From positions 4,326 to 68,325 of the forward strand of contig CAAGNN010000031.1 in NCBI GenBank assembly GCA_900771325.1: a stretch of 64,000 nt of DNA. The letters are read 5' to 3'. The translations under genes were made by a program, and so were the position numbers. Of this stretch, positions 15,001 through 21,900 are shown in pieces. The notes under the pieces are model-generated. The model was given only the letters and a program-made list of their open reading frames with translations. It was not told the DNA's origin and did no database searches. This stretch comes from Kiritimatiellia bacterium (GTDB lineage Bacteria > Verrucomicrobiota > Kiritimatiellia > RFP12 > DVOR01). Position 1 is the first letter of the stretch; each line of letters begins with the position of its first letter.

Positions 15001-18000
15001 AGGGCCTGCTCCAGGTCGCCCTCGGGAGTCACCGTCAAGCTCTCGGCCTGGAAGGTGAGATCGACATTGACGGTATTCTCGGAGGTCACCTGCCAAGTGA
15101 GGCCGGCATTCGCAGCGGCGGAAGAACCCGAGAGCGTGGCCCCATCAAGGAGGATGCCCGAGAGGGTGCGTTCGGTCTCGGAGCCAGTCGCCTTGGTCCA
15201 AGTGAGCTTAATCGAGGTGCGGGTGGTGCCGTCGGCCTTGAAACGCGGCACGGTGAAGGTGCGCGCGGTGGCCAAGGCTCCATCCCAAGCGCAGGAATAG
15301 GTCTTCTCGGTGCTGTCGCCTTCGTTGACGACCATTGTGGCCTGACTGCGGCTGTTGAAGCTTAGGGTGATGACATAATCGGGGGCGTTCCACTCAATCG
15401 CGCCCATATCGGTTCCCGTGCCGTAAGGCCGCGTGGTGCCAAAGACATCCTGCGCGCTTAGGCGCTCATCGGCAGCCGCAGCATTGAGGCAGGTAATCCC
15501 CTCGCGCAGACGGAAGTCGGCGCTCTCGGGGCGCACGAAGATCTTGTTTGCCTCGACGGTGATGCCGCCAGTCGTGGGAACGCAGCACGCCCCAGTGTCC
15601 GGCTCGATGGAGTCGCCCGCCCAGTCGGAAGCGGTGCCGGTGAGGTCGGTATTGAGAGCGATGACGCAGTTCTTGGCCGTGCAGTCATAGAGACCGCCAC
15701 CCTTTTCGGCTGCGTTGGCGGCCACGGTGCAGTTGAGCAACTCGCTGTTCGAGGCACCACCGCCGCTCGAACGCTGAGTGGCCGAGCCATTGTTGTAAAT
15801 CAAGCAACTCTCGGCAAAGGTGCCATAGACGCCGCCACCGAAGCCGTTGTAGGTGAGCGTGTTATCGTGGATGATACAACGGCGGACCGTACCGCCGCGC
15901 ACACCGGCACCCTCACTGGCCGCACCGTTGACGATGGTGAAGCCGATAATCTCGGAGTTGTCATTGAGCGCGACTGCGCGCCCCTCGTGATTGGCGTCGA
16001 TGATGGTCTTGGTGGCATCGGCCTCAGCGGCGACAATGCGCAGCTTCTTGGTCTTGACATCCACGCGCTCGAGGTAGGTCCCCGCCTGAACGGTGATGGT
16101 TTCGCCATCCTGCGCCTCGGCAATGGCCGCAGAGATGGTTTTATAGCGTTCACGCGCGCCAACAGCCAGCCCGGTGAAGGTGACGGTAATGACCGTATTG
16201 TCTGCCGTCGGCGTGTAGGTGTAGTGGCTGTCGGTCCCGGAGAGAGTCTCCGCGCCCACCGTGACAACCGGCGTGCCGCGCATGTGCTTGGGGTCTTCCT
16301 TAGCCGTAAAGGTCAAACTCTGACCGCGCACCACCTCCACTGCGCCACGCGGTTCGACCAAGCCGTGGCCAACCACCGCGATGGTGACGGTATAAGGGGC
16401 CCACACATACTCGGCGGCACCGAGGTCGATACGCACATTGTTGACGCGCGGATTGCCGTAGTAATCCAGGTCGCCCACCAGGGTCTTCTGGTAGTCATTG
16501 AGTTCAGAGCCGCTATCGACCACGGTCGTGTCGGTGACAGCCGGGGTGTAGTCCGCCTGAACAGCCGAGACCGTGCGCGTGTTGACCGCGCCGGAAGGCA
16601 GCGTAATGCCCGAGAGGACGGTGTTGTTGACGTAGGTACCGCCAGTGAGGGTCGCGGCCTCGATGACCGAGTTCGCCACCGTGCAGTTGGTCAGCGTGCC
16701 GCCCTTGACCAAGCAGCGATTGAGGGTAGCATTAGTGAGCGTGGCGTTGAGGGTGATGGCCTCGAAGCGGCCGCCCGTGATTGAGCCGGTAATCGTCACC
16801 TCGCTCTGGGTGCCGGTGCCGACAATCTTGGCCTCGGTGGAGACACCCTCCCAGTTATAGGAGCCCTCGCCCAGGGTGATAGTGTCCTTGGAGGTGGCCC
16901 CTTCGGGGAAGGCTGCGCCGCTACTCAGGGTGAAACCCTGGAAGGTGGCCGTAAGGACCTGGATGGACTCTTCGGGAATGACGAGGGAGTTCACTTCGGT
17001 GCCCAACGCTTCGCCATTGAGCGTCCAACCCAAGAAGGCGCGCGAGGAGGTGTAGGCCAAGGCCAGCGTGTCGCCAGCAAGATAGTCGTGCGCACCGGGC
17101 TCAGGCGTGAGGGTGGTATACTCGCCCGCGGCCGCGACGGTCATCGCCACATAGAAGCACTCGTGCGCGCCCAGGTCGATAGCGCGGCCCATCGAGCGCG
17201 GACGGCCGGCGATATCCAGGTTGTCGTAGGGCGTCAGCGAGAGACTCGTGCCGGCATCGATGGAGTCGCTCCCCTTCGGCAGGATGGCCTGCCCCACCCA
17301 GTCGAAGTTCTCCGCCGAGATGTCGGTATTCAGCACCAGGCAGTTGATGGCCGCGACCGTCCCCGGCAAATCGCCCGAACCGTAGACCGTGACATTCGCC
17401 AGCGTGGCGGTCAGGCTGGTAGGCATCGTCTTCAAGATCGAGGAGGTGACGGTGATATGCTCAGTGCCCGTGAGGCCACTCACCAAGCAGCGGTGGAGCA
17501 TGACATTGGAGAGCGTGGCCGTGCAATTGACCGTGGCGTTGACGAGGATGGCACCCTTGAGGTCCCCCGAGACCGAGAGGATGGTCCCGCCAAGGGTCGT
17601 GCCCTTGAAGGTAATCTGCTTGCTGTCGGGAACGGTGTTGGCATCCAGGGTGTAAGCGCCATCAGCCAGGAGAAGCTCTTCGCGCAGGGTGGGATGGAGT
17701 GCACCAATCTGCGTGGCAAAGTTCTCAGTCGTGGCCGAGAGACCCTGGAAGCGGGCCTCGATGACATCGCTGTTGGTAATGGCCAGAGAGAAGGTCATCT
17801 TGGTGGTGCGCAGTTCGCCATTGACGTAGAAACCCAGGAAGTCACGCTCATAGCCCGAAATCTTGCTAGCGGTGAAGGTGACCGTGTCGCCTTCCTGGAC
17901 GGTCTTGGCCGAAGCAGTGACCTCACCGGCTCCAATCACCGTGCAGGTGACCGTGACGGTGTCGGCGATTTCGTAGGGGCCGATATCGATGTCGGTGCCG

Positions 18001-18953
18001 AGGATACGAGGCCGACCGGCAAAGTCGGTGGCGTGCCAGAGTAAATCGTAGAAGCCGCCCAGCGCGCTATCACCCTTATCCTTGAGGGCGGTGTTGACCG
18101 TCGCGTGCTCCAGGTTGAGGGTGTAGTCCCCCGCTGCGGCATCCTTGAAGAGACCAGCCTCGGCAGTGACCACCTTGGCCTCCTCGACCCAGTTGCCGCA
18201 GACATCCTGCGCCATAGCCTCGGCCGTCATCGCGGTGCCCTTGGTGACCGTGTTCTTGTAGAGGAGCATATTCTGCACCGGGGAGGAGAGCGCGCCGGCG
18301 GTGTCGCAAGGCGTGGTGTTCTCGGCCAGCAAGCAGTTGGCGGCCGTGGTGCCGAAGAGGGCGGCCATACCGGCACCGTAGTCGGCGGCGTGGTTGCCCA
18401 CAATGCGGCAGGAGAAGGCCGAACCGCCATAGAGCGCGTTACCGAAGAACTCGGCCGAGCAGCCAATCACCTCCGAATTGACCACCTTAGCCTCGTAGGC
18501 ACCGCCGCCAAAGACGGCCGAGCAGTTGCTGATGGTGCCGTTCAGGAAGACGCCGCCGCGCAGACCGCCACCCTGACGGGCCTTGCCGTTCTGGAGGACG
18601 AAGCCATCGAGGGTGATGTTGTCCGGGAGGGTGGCGCAGCGCTCGGCGTTGCCGCCTTCGATGATGACCAGTCCGCGGTTAGCCGCACGCAAGGTAAGCG
18701 TGCGCGTTTCGGAGAGCAGGTTCAAGGGCGCATAGGTGTCATCGTCAATCACCACCACCGAGCCGTCAGCGGCCTTGGCGGGAATGGTGATGGTCGGGAG
18801 AGCGGTCTCCACCTCGGCGGGCGGATCTTCGGCGACCTCCTGGGCGCGCATCGGGGCGGCCAGGCAGGTGACGGCGAGCAGGAATGCCCCACCCCAGCGC
18901 AAGGCGCGGGTGATGGCGGGAGCAGCGAAGGAACGGGAAGCAATCGTCTTCAT
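1..18953 (-). CDS. Giant secreted beta-helix / autotransporter-associated beta-strand repeat (PATR-type) surface protein; 5' end complete, 3' end beyond window (>6,317 codons)
   Basis: Missing from the ORF track because this frame has no stop inside the window. ATG at 18953-18951 has GGAGG (revcomp of 18962-18966) 8 nt upstream. The N-terminus MKTIASRSFAAPAITRALRWGGAFLLAVTCLAAPMRAQE looks like a signal peptide. Hand translations at three sites in the same phase (codon tops 18953, 8447, 440, all = 2 mod 3) give sensible protein, and no listed minus ORF in 1-18953 uses that phase. The N-terminal part has Pmp-like FGGGAY/GNALYGG repeats and a beta-helix cap motif (EDYHLSAHSELIDAAG..GEPRNTLQGYDCGAYEY, ~14.3-14.6 kb). 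The distal part has PATR-type repeats (LIKAGAGEMVLASAVNTCANTTVNAGTLRVTG ~230-330; GAGTIRFNGANTYTQATSVAAGTTIGGTGSI ~2.9 kb). Confidence 0.85.
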   Translation of the reverse strand, partial: MKTIASRSFAAPAITRALRWGGAFLLAVTCLAAPMRAQEVAEDPPAEVETALPTITIPAKAADGSVVVIDDDTYAPLNLLSETRTLTLRAANRGLVIIEGGNAERCATLPDNITLDGFVLQNGKARQGGGLRGGVFLNGTISNCSAVFGGGAYEAKVVNSEVIGCSAEFFGNALYGGSAFSCRIVGNHAADYGAGMAALFGTTAANCLLAENTTPCDTAGALSSPVQNMLLYKNTVTKGTAMTAEAMAQDVCGNWVEEAKVVTAEAGLFKDAAAGDYTLNLEHATVNTALKDKGDSALGGFYDLLWHATDFAGRPRILGTDIDIGPYEIADTVTVTCTVIGAGEVTASAKTVQEGDTVTFTASKISGYERDFLGFYVNGELRTTKMTFSLAITNSDVIEARFQGLSATTENFATQIGALHPTLREELLLADGAYTLDANTVPDSKQITFKGTTLGGTILSVSGDLKGAILVNATVNCTATLSNVMLHRCLVSGLTGTEHITVTSSILKTMPTSLTATLANVTVYGSGDLPGTVAAINCLVLNTDISAENFDWVGQAILPKGSDSIDAGTSLSLTPYDNLDIAGRPRSMGRAIDLGAHECFYVAMTVAAAGEYTTLTPEPGAHDYLAGDTLALAYTSSRAFLGWTLNGEALGTEVNSLVIPEESIQVLTATFQGFTLSSGAAFPEGATSKDTITLGEGSYNWEGVSTEAKIVGTGTQSEVTITGSITGGRFEAITLNATLTNATLNRCLVKGGTLTNCTVANSVIEAATLTGGTYVNNTVLSGITLPSGAVNTRTVSAVQADYTPAVTDTTVVDSGSELNDYQKTLVGDLDYYGNPRVNNVRIDLGAAEYVWAPYTVTIAVVGHGLVEPRGAVEVVRGQSLTFTAKEDPKHMRGTPVVTVGAETLSGTDSHYTYTPTADNTVITVTFTGLAVGARERYKTISAAIAEAQDGETITVQAGTYLERVDVKTKKLRIVAAEADATKTIIDANHEGRAVALNDNSEIIGFTIVNGAASEGAGVRGGTVRRCIIHDNTLTYNGFGGGVYGTFAESCLIYNNGSATQRSSGGGASNSELLNCTVAANAAEKGGGLYDCTAKNCVIALNTDLTGTASDWAGDSIEPDTGACCVPTTGGITVEANKIFVRPESADFRLREGITCLNAAAADERLSAQDVFGTTRPYGTGTDMGAIEWNAPDYVITLSFNSRSQATMVVNEGDSTEKTYSCAWDGALATARTFTVPRFKADGTTRTSIKLTWTKATGSETERTLSGILLDGATLSGSSAAANAGLTWQVTSENTVNVDLTFQAESLTVTPEGDLEQALTDATPGETIKLQNGDYNVAVSVGEGVTLEGTGSSSLLQGATLYNGATLKGVTVIGAPVVGPATGSATLLHSIVTGVTDEAGAVKQNVVVKSSLIHNNAAGLGANVTAYLSTVADTDGTALAATAKAYGCALWRYSFLAETGAEMVDCWAGIEPGFLAPAPEGEDYHLSAHSELIDAAGSAQWPGFTEADRALTDLAGEPRNTLQGYDCGAYEYQGTATVTDWTWFGSASSMDGDLAGAGWRQMTLGSPHALPDNVAAVWADRNGYPEATVRADAPLTLSALTIKTVNTLFTLLQGSEAGRVTVTGALMKSAASSLVLAGSLNVQGGTTLSAGTVTVAEGADIQAANITLNGSTTFRQTGGNFTFGNFFYVRDTASFSLEGGTFTGGELSLAKGYGQAAIVFAGAEVTLTRIETGDESGARYGNIIQTGGTVTLTGSGSGKNAPLHISHWPGSSTYSLRGGTLYVPNGEVRLGQDGTGTLRLEGGVAKIRAVGRSNGSIVFAGGTFHALESQTLNYVSYENGTESRLEVADGKTLTFYSTNSTDNTGGLTLGAGDFVAYNTISSRNLTLSAGTRLTLSTAEGEALANRGALNLASPYCLTLPGEGEVPVLTGTITAAPIAVAKPLTLYSRTLVLKVKGTVTATSSAYGACYNIETENSTEEEGTVNVYVTQIANLPDSAAIPVLTVDETTTWDTAAKWSTNAVPGAATPVIVRVTADATLTMPYSSTLEQVTFDVAEGKTLTLANYYSDITELRLVGAGTLNLGAGEVLTYTNQTAFSGTMVVANASQVLAADTIKNQHLRFAVDYALGSSAGFTLAGGIEVAAGTKLTCNSSLAGGEAWVEAGATVVIGQGCTNRLNFTAANEQEITLAAGTTGTNNPAYLGGNVNAQNWKITDDNGTDTKGLTLTGSVTLATPPTSGSLAAASGLSSLTLKSGELTLASAWTMPAGAVKAGAGHVTLPSGSSMAGSATFRGPVVFAENKAFAVSGDLVFRDDSVVYLPIGASFSATGALVVAPGTRVVLTGTPTGSATVDLFKSTQAGGLSISTLTEVSLALADSPTDKVVTLTPYLTAAGVYGYTLTLNTPNVWTGEGGDSNWSTAGNWSGNTVPADGDAVSFPDSVANKTVTIDTAIAPSAIRVAGDYIFSGSGSITSKPAIAQSAGVVTWSLFPKAGSYDIASGATAVISSASSYYEGRFTGEGTVRATGTLELGASSIAFRGEFEVNPGRLALRLGAATASARVKLVGGTLETKVPATVSTLILSGTSSFYLPLSAPLTVTDTFTVDGTVSIAVDAIPEEEGTWLLMTLPEGAAETPFTLSTVSGSATYRAGVIQRGREVYLAVYDSTQIAWAGTGTGADKWVINTSMIEMSETANKVVWFHDVDGVGEATVSLPVTPTSVIVTAQTTRFTLSGTFGDVPVTVQPGASVTLAAAGMTPSTFVNDGTVTVTGTLDLTKTTFSGTGTFIAGTGGTIKVTAQQLAATTNLFKRGGGRLEVSGGDADYTYPSGALSGGIVAEEAGELVKTGSGTLYLQPTAFNEPLTIREGSVALTGTIALKARYFKFEVYERFNDTANTQNAWNWVSWNWASSTWLGLSEVALTLSGERLAWPEGSSIIYFDGGVLDSVVLGMGNRTSFCDGRITNLLDGNTATQFRWLDNYQYASYGQGMNPRTYFVVDAGREVVFSGYDFATPTIPNQFFYKWNVSASNDLQAWHPSASDTGPTANESEIWQTIDERTLAASSSLLKANSWMTTRGYAFTNKGSGYWSSLTGPVKVATGATFDLTSAVGTTHILEDSLTLASVTGEGTLLVPSTLNLTLDTLDIATLRLTGSTILTQPITATSTTVTTLALDSAVARAYTNDGGVDFVLFTNCTEVPTLSWPGDVSQRTTDGGTWQLVLEKDKTLHLRLSGSKREIKATIFGTKAWSDLQWTDPMGGTVNLEASDSVVERVVLDPEGEGATLSSMDFSQFPNLASVLLAEAGGTLTLSDTSALTSNANVLLTVPQAATLRVTSPDALAFAKNSAGNLHLNNASIRLRGAGTLLLDFENASAVLPMVGNQGLFTGNITVASGTLKFPNSSSGTGPVYNRTITVTGENAKLATGTTNDATGWNYGSGKFIFRDGATFEVYRRDTYKAPMELSGATIRLMSGATDSDRGIDIFQSPSTSVLAADGATAENPTVSKLTFAENASASDRIAYIRDGNWTVNVAANARFDIEASLGADNSDRTLIKAGAGEMVLATTVNNCLNTLVNAGTLRVTGMTGTGSTIVKGGATICGTGTVRGTISFASGGLLAVDPAVVEPLTISRFAQTTSWANITLTGTPQQTFPILRATADGFTLLPNYFKTDETFPTNNYSLVVVDNVLYAKKTIKQGDVVVEAPTSLQATVPSGTTNWSALNWTTDGTTPVSADGIDWWQVQTVSLTAEAADSTVALDLPLYNVQTLNLAGSLTLTGSEGKRLNSCTLALADGATATVNGLFDAATAVSLSGNGTVIWAADHAGSLSLAAGTTLSAPSGITLSALDCTAGGILAVDPANLYTVSAITGQATVKLASKTEISGEVSLLTVGSTVAVVNFALDVNFPAGYGLAVDNGTLKAVVGSEVMAEVSGAAVWDNLTWTDTRGNAFTPTWSNIRAVTLKVTDSATLALPSLSLDSLAIDFGTTEGKTLTLNGSTSQTLPALYVLGTNGGDVLCNDGTLTLSALSTSAPYVGVTAEMLSGLTSGTNTYTFASDAVLGLYCTASGSSIAGYLKAPSRGLAIRSGTLIASREDNFGNQNDNTKIRVDAGATFDVNGWAITCVPTLNGGTLRNNTSRAKGNGLNTDDTQRQLFNITLTADSVIDNSIVLNSVASNWNAQTLTLNGYTLTKRGTGIFGFKNAAITGDGSLKVEAGTLKFADDSTLSGNVSVQVAEGATFTLTGTRTLSAGSTLTLAGTMDLEAALAGEGALTVASGSVSLSGLTTYTGLTTVQNGATFSAASLAGALTCEEGATLKPRAIDTPLSLGGTLTATNLAIDLSAFDEQPETIPLFTSPNELTTAMVATAGRYKPTATQMADSTWKLSYTYRFVDTALTWAGSETGDLADASWTADGVSGLSLRPTNGMIFPENGTYTLTNNSAPLTWPTGAFTIGANTSLTLSSTVENSGLCGAVTLGNGATLTLVDSFAAYSGITGIGATLEIDASMLSVPTGDLSVGTLKLTGSTLPTGDPRETFTCTTLVFSNELVAAIEAATTQQGTVLTLASAYTGSVPACDTLPTGYALQKTEEGALVVSFTAPVVTNLYAEVPGDGTWTGLAWCSNAECTTQPTAIAWGAVTTVTLTNTAGAPVALTLPGNLTALTTMTIGSASEAITLSGATLPRLTTLTLNGPLTLDGELISTIPATLTGTGELTLVNGGAMTSTKSPDTGKNYAYADFTGRWIIEDGTTLSLSGGETYYGTLAWNSAQPTSGQIEVRRGATLELTGKNAFGWGGADKAMSTSDGRTVLVVDGGTVAFTGADDQLFRRPIELRDGATFVNNTNSSVGFTRGCKVTVSGTVNFTGTAGYNLWNAGVNSEGAESGEDANGLHTTFDLAEGAVVNFDAVLTSKHQGRAPYNDLNLTGSGTFRFNGANTYYEATNVGAGVTVGGTGAIANSAVTFAAGSKLLAEGGSNVLTLNGATGSAQVVLSAAVAESSLPIAVLKTAETADLTLTPALADSLVTTAVADGIKTYTLDLIRYTALTATVDGLKDWNDLLWQTPDGVSISSPHWEWVTALTLDVTAAEASLILPGNFSSITSLTLPGSGALTLSGGALPALTALSLEGNLTLDGAVITTIPTSLSGTGTLTLKSAGEVTSSAAGGASTFAYNSFTGRWIIESGTTLNLAGGGGQKGQLAKSDVEGSGQIVVKAGATVKLAANHVFGWKDIDAQCDRTVLVIDGGALVNNADQYLRRTIELKNGATLSDPNGKFWLARASRLLISEGTATILNSGSGPKFGCDGATSGSSSTSAPSRIEVREGATLTVEASLSNQNTTYASVALSGAGTIRFNGANTYTQATSVAAGTTIGGTGSITSSAVTFAEGSKLLAEGVSSVLTFNGATGSAQVVLGAAVAESALPIAVLKTAETADLTLTPALADSRVTTADADGVKTYTLDLIRYTALTATVDGTKAWDELPWQTPDGVSITSPHWEWVTALTLDVTAAEASLILPGNFSSITSLTLRGSGALTLSGGALPALTALSLEGSLTLDGAVITTIPTSLSGTGTLTLKNAAVSSTRGNDGGSEFAYNNFTGRWVVETGATLTLAESATENRKGLLNWNSSVADSGQIEVRTGGTLAVNQKNAFGWDNVTAQKDHTVLVVDGGTVTIGTNEQHFRRKMEWHPGSVLDNQGSSFYLTRGVTMNVVAGASVEPVIFRGNAIGLKGDNACSGNENTAFVVAEGATLQVDAAITQNDPDDALSLSGAGTILFNGENTHTQATSVAEGTTIGGTGSITSSAVTLNGSKILANASGNALTLSTVSGSADIVIPEDFPETSTAVLKTNSASTPTFTPPTGYVMSEATADGVKTIYLEWMPYDSLTAEVSGTVALSALTWKTPDGVEVASPVWRFVNTVTFKGTSADATVTMDGDLAESVATLTGAGQTVTLAGETAWAAGSRTFAGNLALSRALDSGTLSVATGATLTLSADNSAFTGTLALAAGSTLRATQVNALAFAQTDDVVDLGVATLPITGDGVLELALPEAETLQVKSSTATPKVRFAGDILVTSGTMKFPNSAVAANWWSAAAGPGYTRTITVRGEQAKLATGINTDATGWNVGTNQKLILEEGGTFEIYKRDTYKTSLELCGGIVRLMAGATESNRGLDFYQSPKTSVLAADGATAENPTVSKLTFADGASDSDRIAYVRDGDWTVTVAENARFDIEASLGADNNGNRTLIKAGAGEMVLASAVNTCANTTVNAGTLRVTGTTGTGATTIKPNAVLCGSGTVKGALTFENGAIFAADPAASMTVNGAVTAAGSVTVRVAAAPTETVALLTAASLPAA

Positions 18954-18975
18954 AGGTCTATCCTCCTCTCTTCGC

Positions 18976-21900
18976 TTAGTACCGGCGCTTGGCAAAGACC
19001 TGCACCTTATAGAGGTGCAAGCGCATACCATCACCATTGGGGTTGGGTCTACGGATGCGGACATAACGGCTCACGGTCGAACCGTCGTAAGGGACCTGCA
19101 GGATCTCCTTGGCCGCGAGCGAACGGTTGGCCAGGAGCGTGCTCCAGCTGTTGCCATCGGCCGAGTGCTCCACATAGATGGTGACGGGGGCATCGCCATT
19201 CTGCACCACCACGCCGAAGATTTCGGCATCGCCCGGGAGCTGGACCATCACCCAGGGTTCGTCGTACTGCTCCTGCGTCCAGACTGCGTAGGTGGCGAAG
19301 GCGGAGTCATCGATGACGCGCTGGCCATCGCAGAAGGCCAAGGCCGACTGGTGGAGGTCTTCCACCGTACCCGAGACGTTGAGCGTGGGGTAAGAGGAGA
19401 GGGTGATACAGCCGTTGGCCGAGAGCATCTCCTGCGAGTAGAGCGGCTCGTCCTCCGAGACAATGGGGTAATTCTCATCATCCTTGTGGAAGAGGGCGCG
19501 ATAGAGGTCGTTCATCTCGCGGAAGGTGGCCACGGCGCTATTCTGCGAGGCGGCCAAGAGCGTTTCCATACAGGTGCGCGAGAGGCCGAGCTTGTTGCCA
19601 TTGGCCTTGTAGACGGCATCGAGCATCGTCTGATAGGCAATGTCCGAGCCATAGTAGGAGTTACCCCAGTTCACCAACTCGGTGAAGCGCTGGGTGCCAT
19701 AGCGCGCGTCCAGGGTCGTGCCCAGGAGCGAGAGGAGCTCTTTGTCGGCGAAGTTGGCCAGAAGCGCATTGTTAAGCATATAGGAGAGATAGTCGTAGGA
19801 TTCGCGCGTCTTGCGGTCGGTATCGTGCATCCGCACCTGCAACTGCTTGAAGGTGGCCAAGAATCCCTCCTGACCGTAGGTGGCGCGAAGGGGCGTAGCC
19901 AAAGGTTTGGCCAGGAGCATCCAACCCACCATCGGATAACGCCAGAAGCCGTAGGTGACGTCTTCGGCCCAACGGAGCCAGAGGTCGCCGCGCAAGGGAT
20001 AGTTCGCGGTCAAGAAGTCGCGCGTTTCGGTAATGGCCTGATAGCAGAGCGGGGCGTGCTCAATGGCGCGGAAGTAGAGCTCCAGGGCCCCTGGGTCATC
20101 ATCGCCATAGCGCAGCGCACGCAATCGGGCGGCCCAGAGGATATAGTAGCCCTCGCGGGTGCGCGGGTCGTCGAAGACGTCATCGAAGCACTCAATGGAG
20201 GGATAGGCGGAGATGCCGTAGAGCTGATAATGGTTGCCGGTGTACTTGTTGACGTTGGAGTCAATCTCCCAGAAGGAGCCATCGAAGGTGCGGTGGGTAC
20301 CGGCGCAGTGACCGGGCTGGCCGGCGGTAATCGAGCGGCGGCCCGAGGAGTTCGCCGCCATCGCGCCATACTTCGAGATGCCGCCGCAGACCGCGCCAAT
20401 CTCGCGGCCAAGCGCCAGCCCCGTCAGAATGGAGTTGGACCAGGGCACGTAGTAGTCCGCGCCGAAGATGGAGTCGCCAAAGAAGTTCCAGGTGCGGTAG
20501 TTGGTCTGCCAGGCGGTGCCGTTGATGTAGTCAATGCGCGTAGGGGCGGTCTTGACCGAGTGCATCAGGTCGAGGGTGGAATAGGAGAGCGAGTTGTAGG
20601 ACATGCGCATCTGGAAGGGCGTCTGGCAATAGAAGTCGCCGTGGAGCAGGGCGCGGTCGGCAAAGTCGCGGTAGCAGAGCCAGGTGTGGAAGAAGAGGCC
20701 ATTGCCCTTGGGGGTGTTGTTGAGGGCGGCGGCCACGGCCATCCGGCGCAAGAAAGCATCGTAATCGGTGGTGCCGGGGGCGGCGGCGAGCTTGCCGCGG
20801 CGGTCGGAGAAGGTGCCCTCCTTCGTCTGCGTGTTCACATAGATCTTGTCGAAGTTCCAGACGGAGACGAAGCGGTCGATGAGGTCGGCGCGCATCTTCG
20901 CCTTGTTGTTGCTGAAGTCGGCCGAGCCGTTGTAGATGAGCGCCTCGACGGAACTGGGGCCGGAGGTGAGCAGGTCGGTCAACCAGGTCTTGTCGGCCAA
21001 GAGGGCGTTGATGGCCTCCTGCCCATTGAGGTCCTTCTGAAGCGCCTCGGCCACCTTACCCTCAAAGCCGCGCGCACTCTGGTGTTCGTAGAAGAAGTCG
21101 GCATAGGTGAGGGCGGCGAGATAGGTCTCGTTGGTGGTGACGGTGCCCTCGGAATCGGCCTTGAGGCCCAAGAGCTCCATCACGCGATCACCCACGCAGT
21201 CGGCCACCGTGCCCTTCGGCAGGTTCTCGATGTCGGCCACCTTTCCATCGAGCGTGCCGAAGGCCGAACCGATCTCCAGCGTGTCGCCATCGACCGTCAC
21301 CTGAGTGGCATTCGGGGCCGTGGCGGCTGCGGCAGTGCACAGGGGGGTCACCGCGAAGGAGCCGGCGGAGGTGCCGGTGGTCGTGCCGGTAATCTCGATA
21401 GCCATATCGTTATACTTCGGCTCGTCGCCCCAATCGCGCTCCCAACGCGGGAAGAGGCGGTCGGGATCCTGCGGCATATAGAAGGTGAAGGAGAAGGAGC
21501 CGCCGGGGGTGAGCGAAACGCCCGAGGCGAAGTCCTGCCCCTGGAACGAGCCCATCGTGTCGCCATTGGTCGGCGCGAACTTGGCGGCCGTGGTCGAGGT
21601 GCCATCGAAGAGGAGCGTGCCCTGGGTGTAGTCATCCAGGCGCCCGGTGCCACGGTAAATCTTAAAGCCGGTGACGGTCATCGCCGTGCCACCGTTGTTC
21701 ATCGCCATCTTGACGGTGTACCAGCCCTGCTTGGGGAACTTGAAGTCATTGCCGTAGCGCAGGACCCACTTGAAGGTGGTCGTACCGTCCGCCGTCTCAA
21801 TGGTCATCCCATCCTGCCGCGCCACCTCCTCGGCGGAAATCTCAAACTTACCCGCCTCCATCGTCGCTGGAATCGGCATATCCTCAATCGTGGTCGTGAC

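Noticed and set aside
528-19184. Long + strand ORFs in the left third (528..1856, 1974..4088, 4278..6155, 7527..8891, 8934..11090, 15867..16784, 17088..18044, 18105..19184) and the many 60-190 aa ORFs on both strands
   Set aside because: Their translations are Arg/Gly/Glu/Pro-rich and low-complexity, with no recognisable motifs, and they overlap each other. They are the expected antisense or off-frame shadows of a high-GC gene, and the minus-strand phase of 18953 gives real beta-helix/PATR protein instead.
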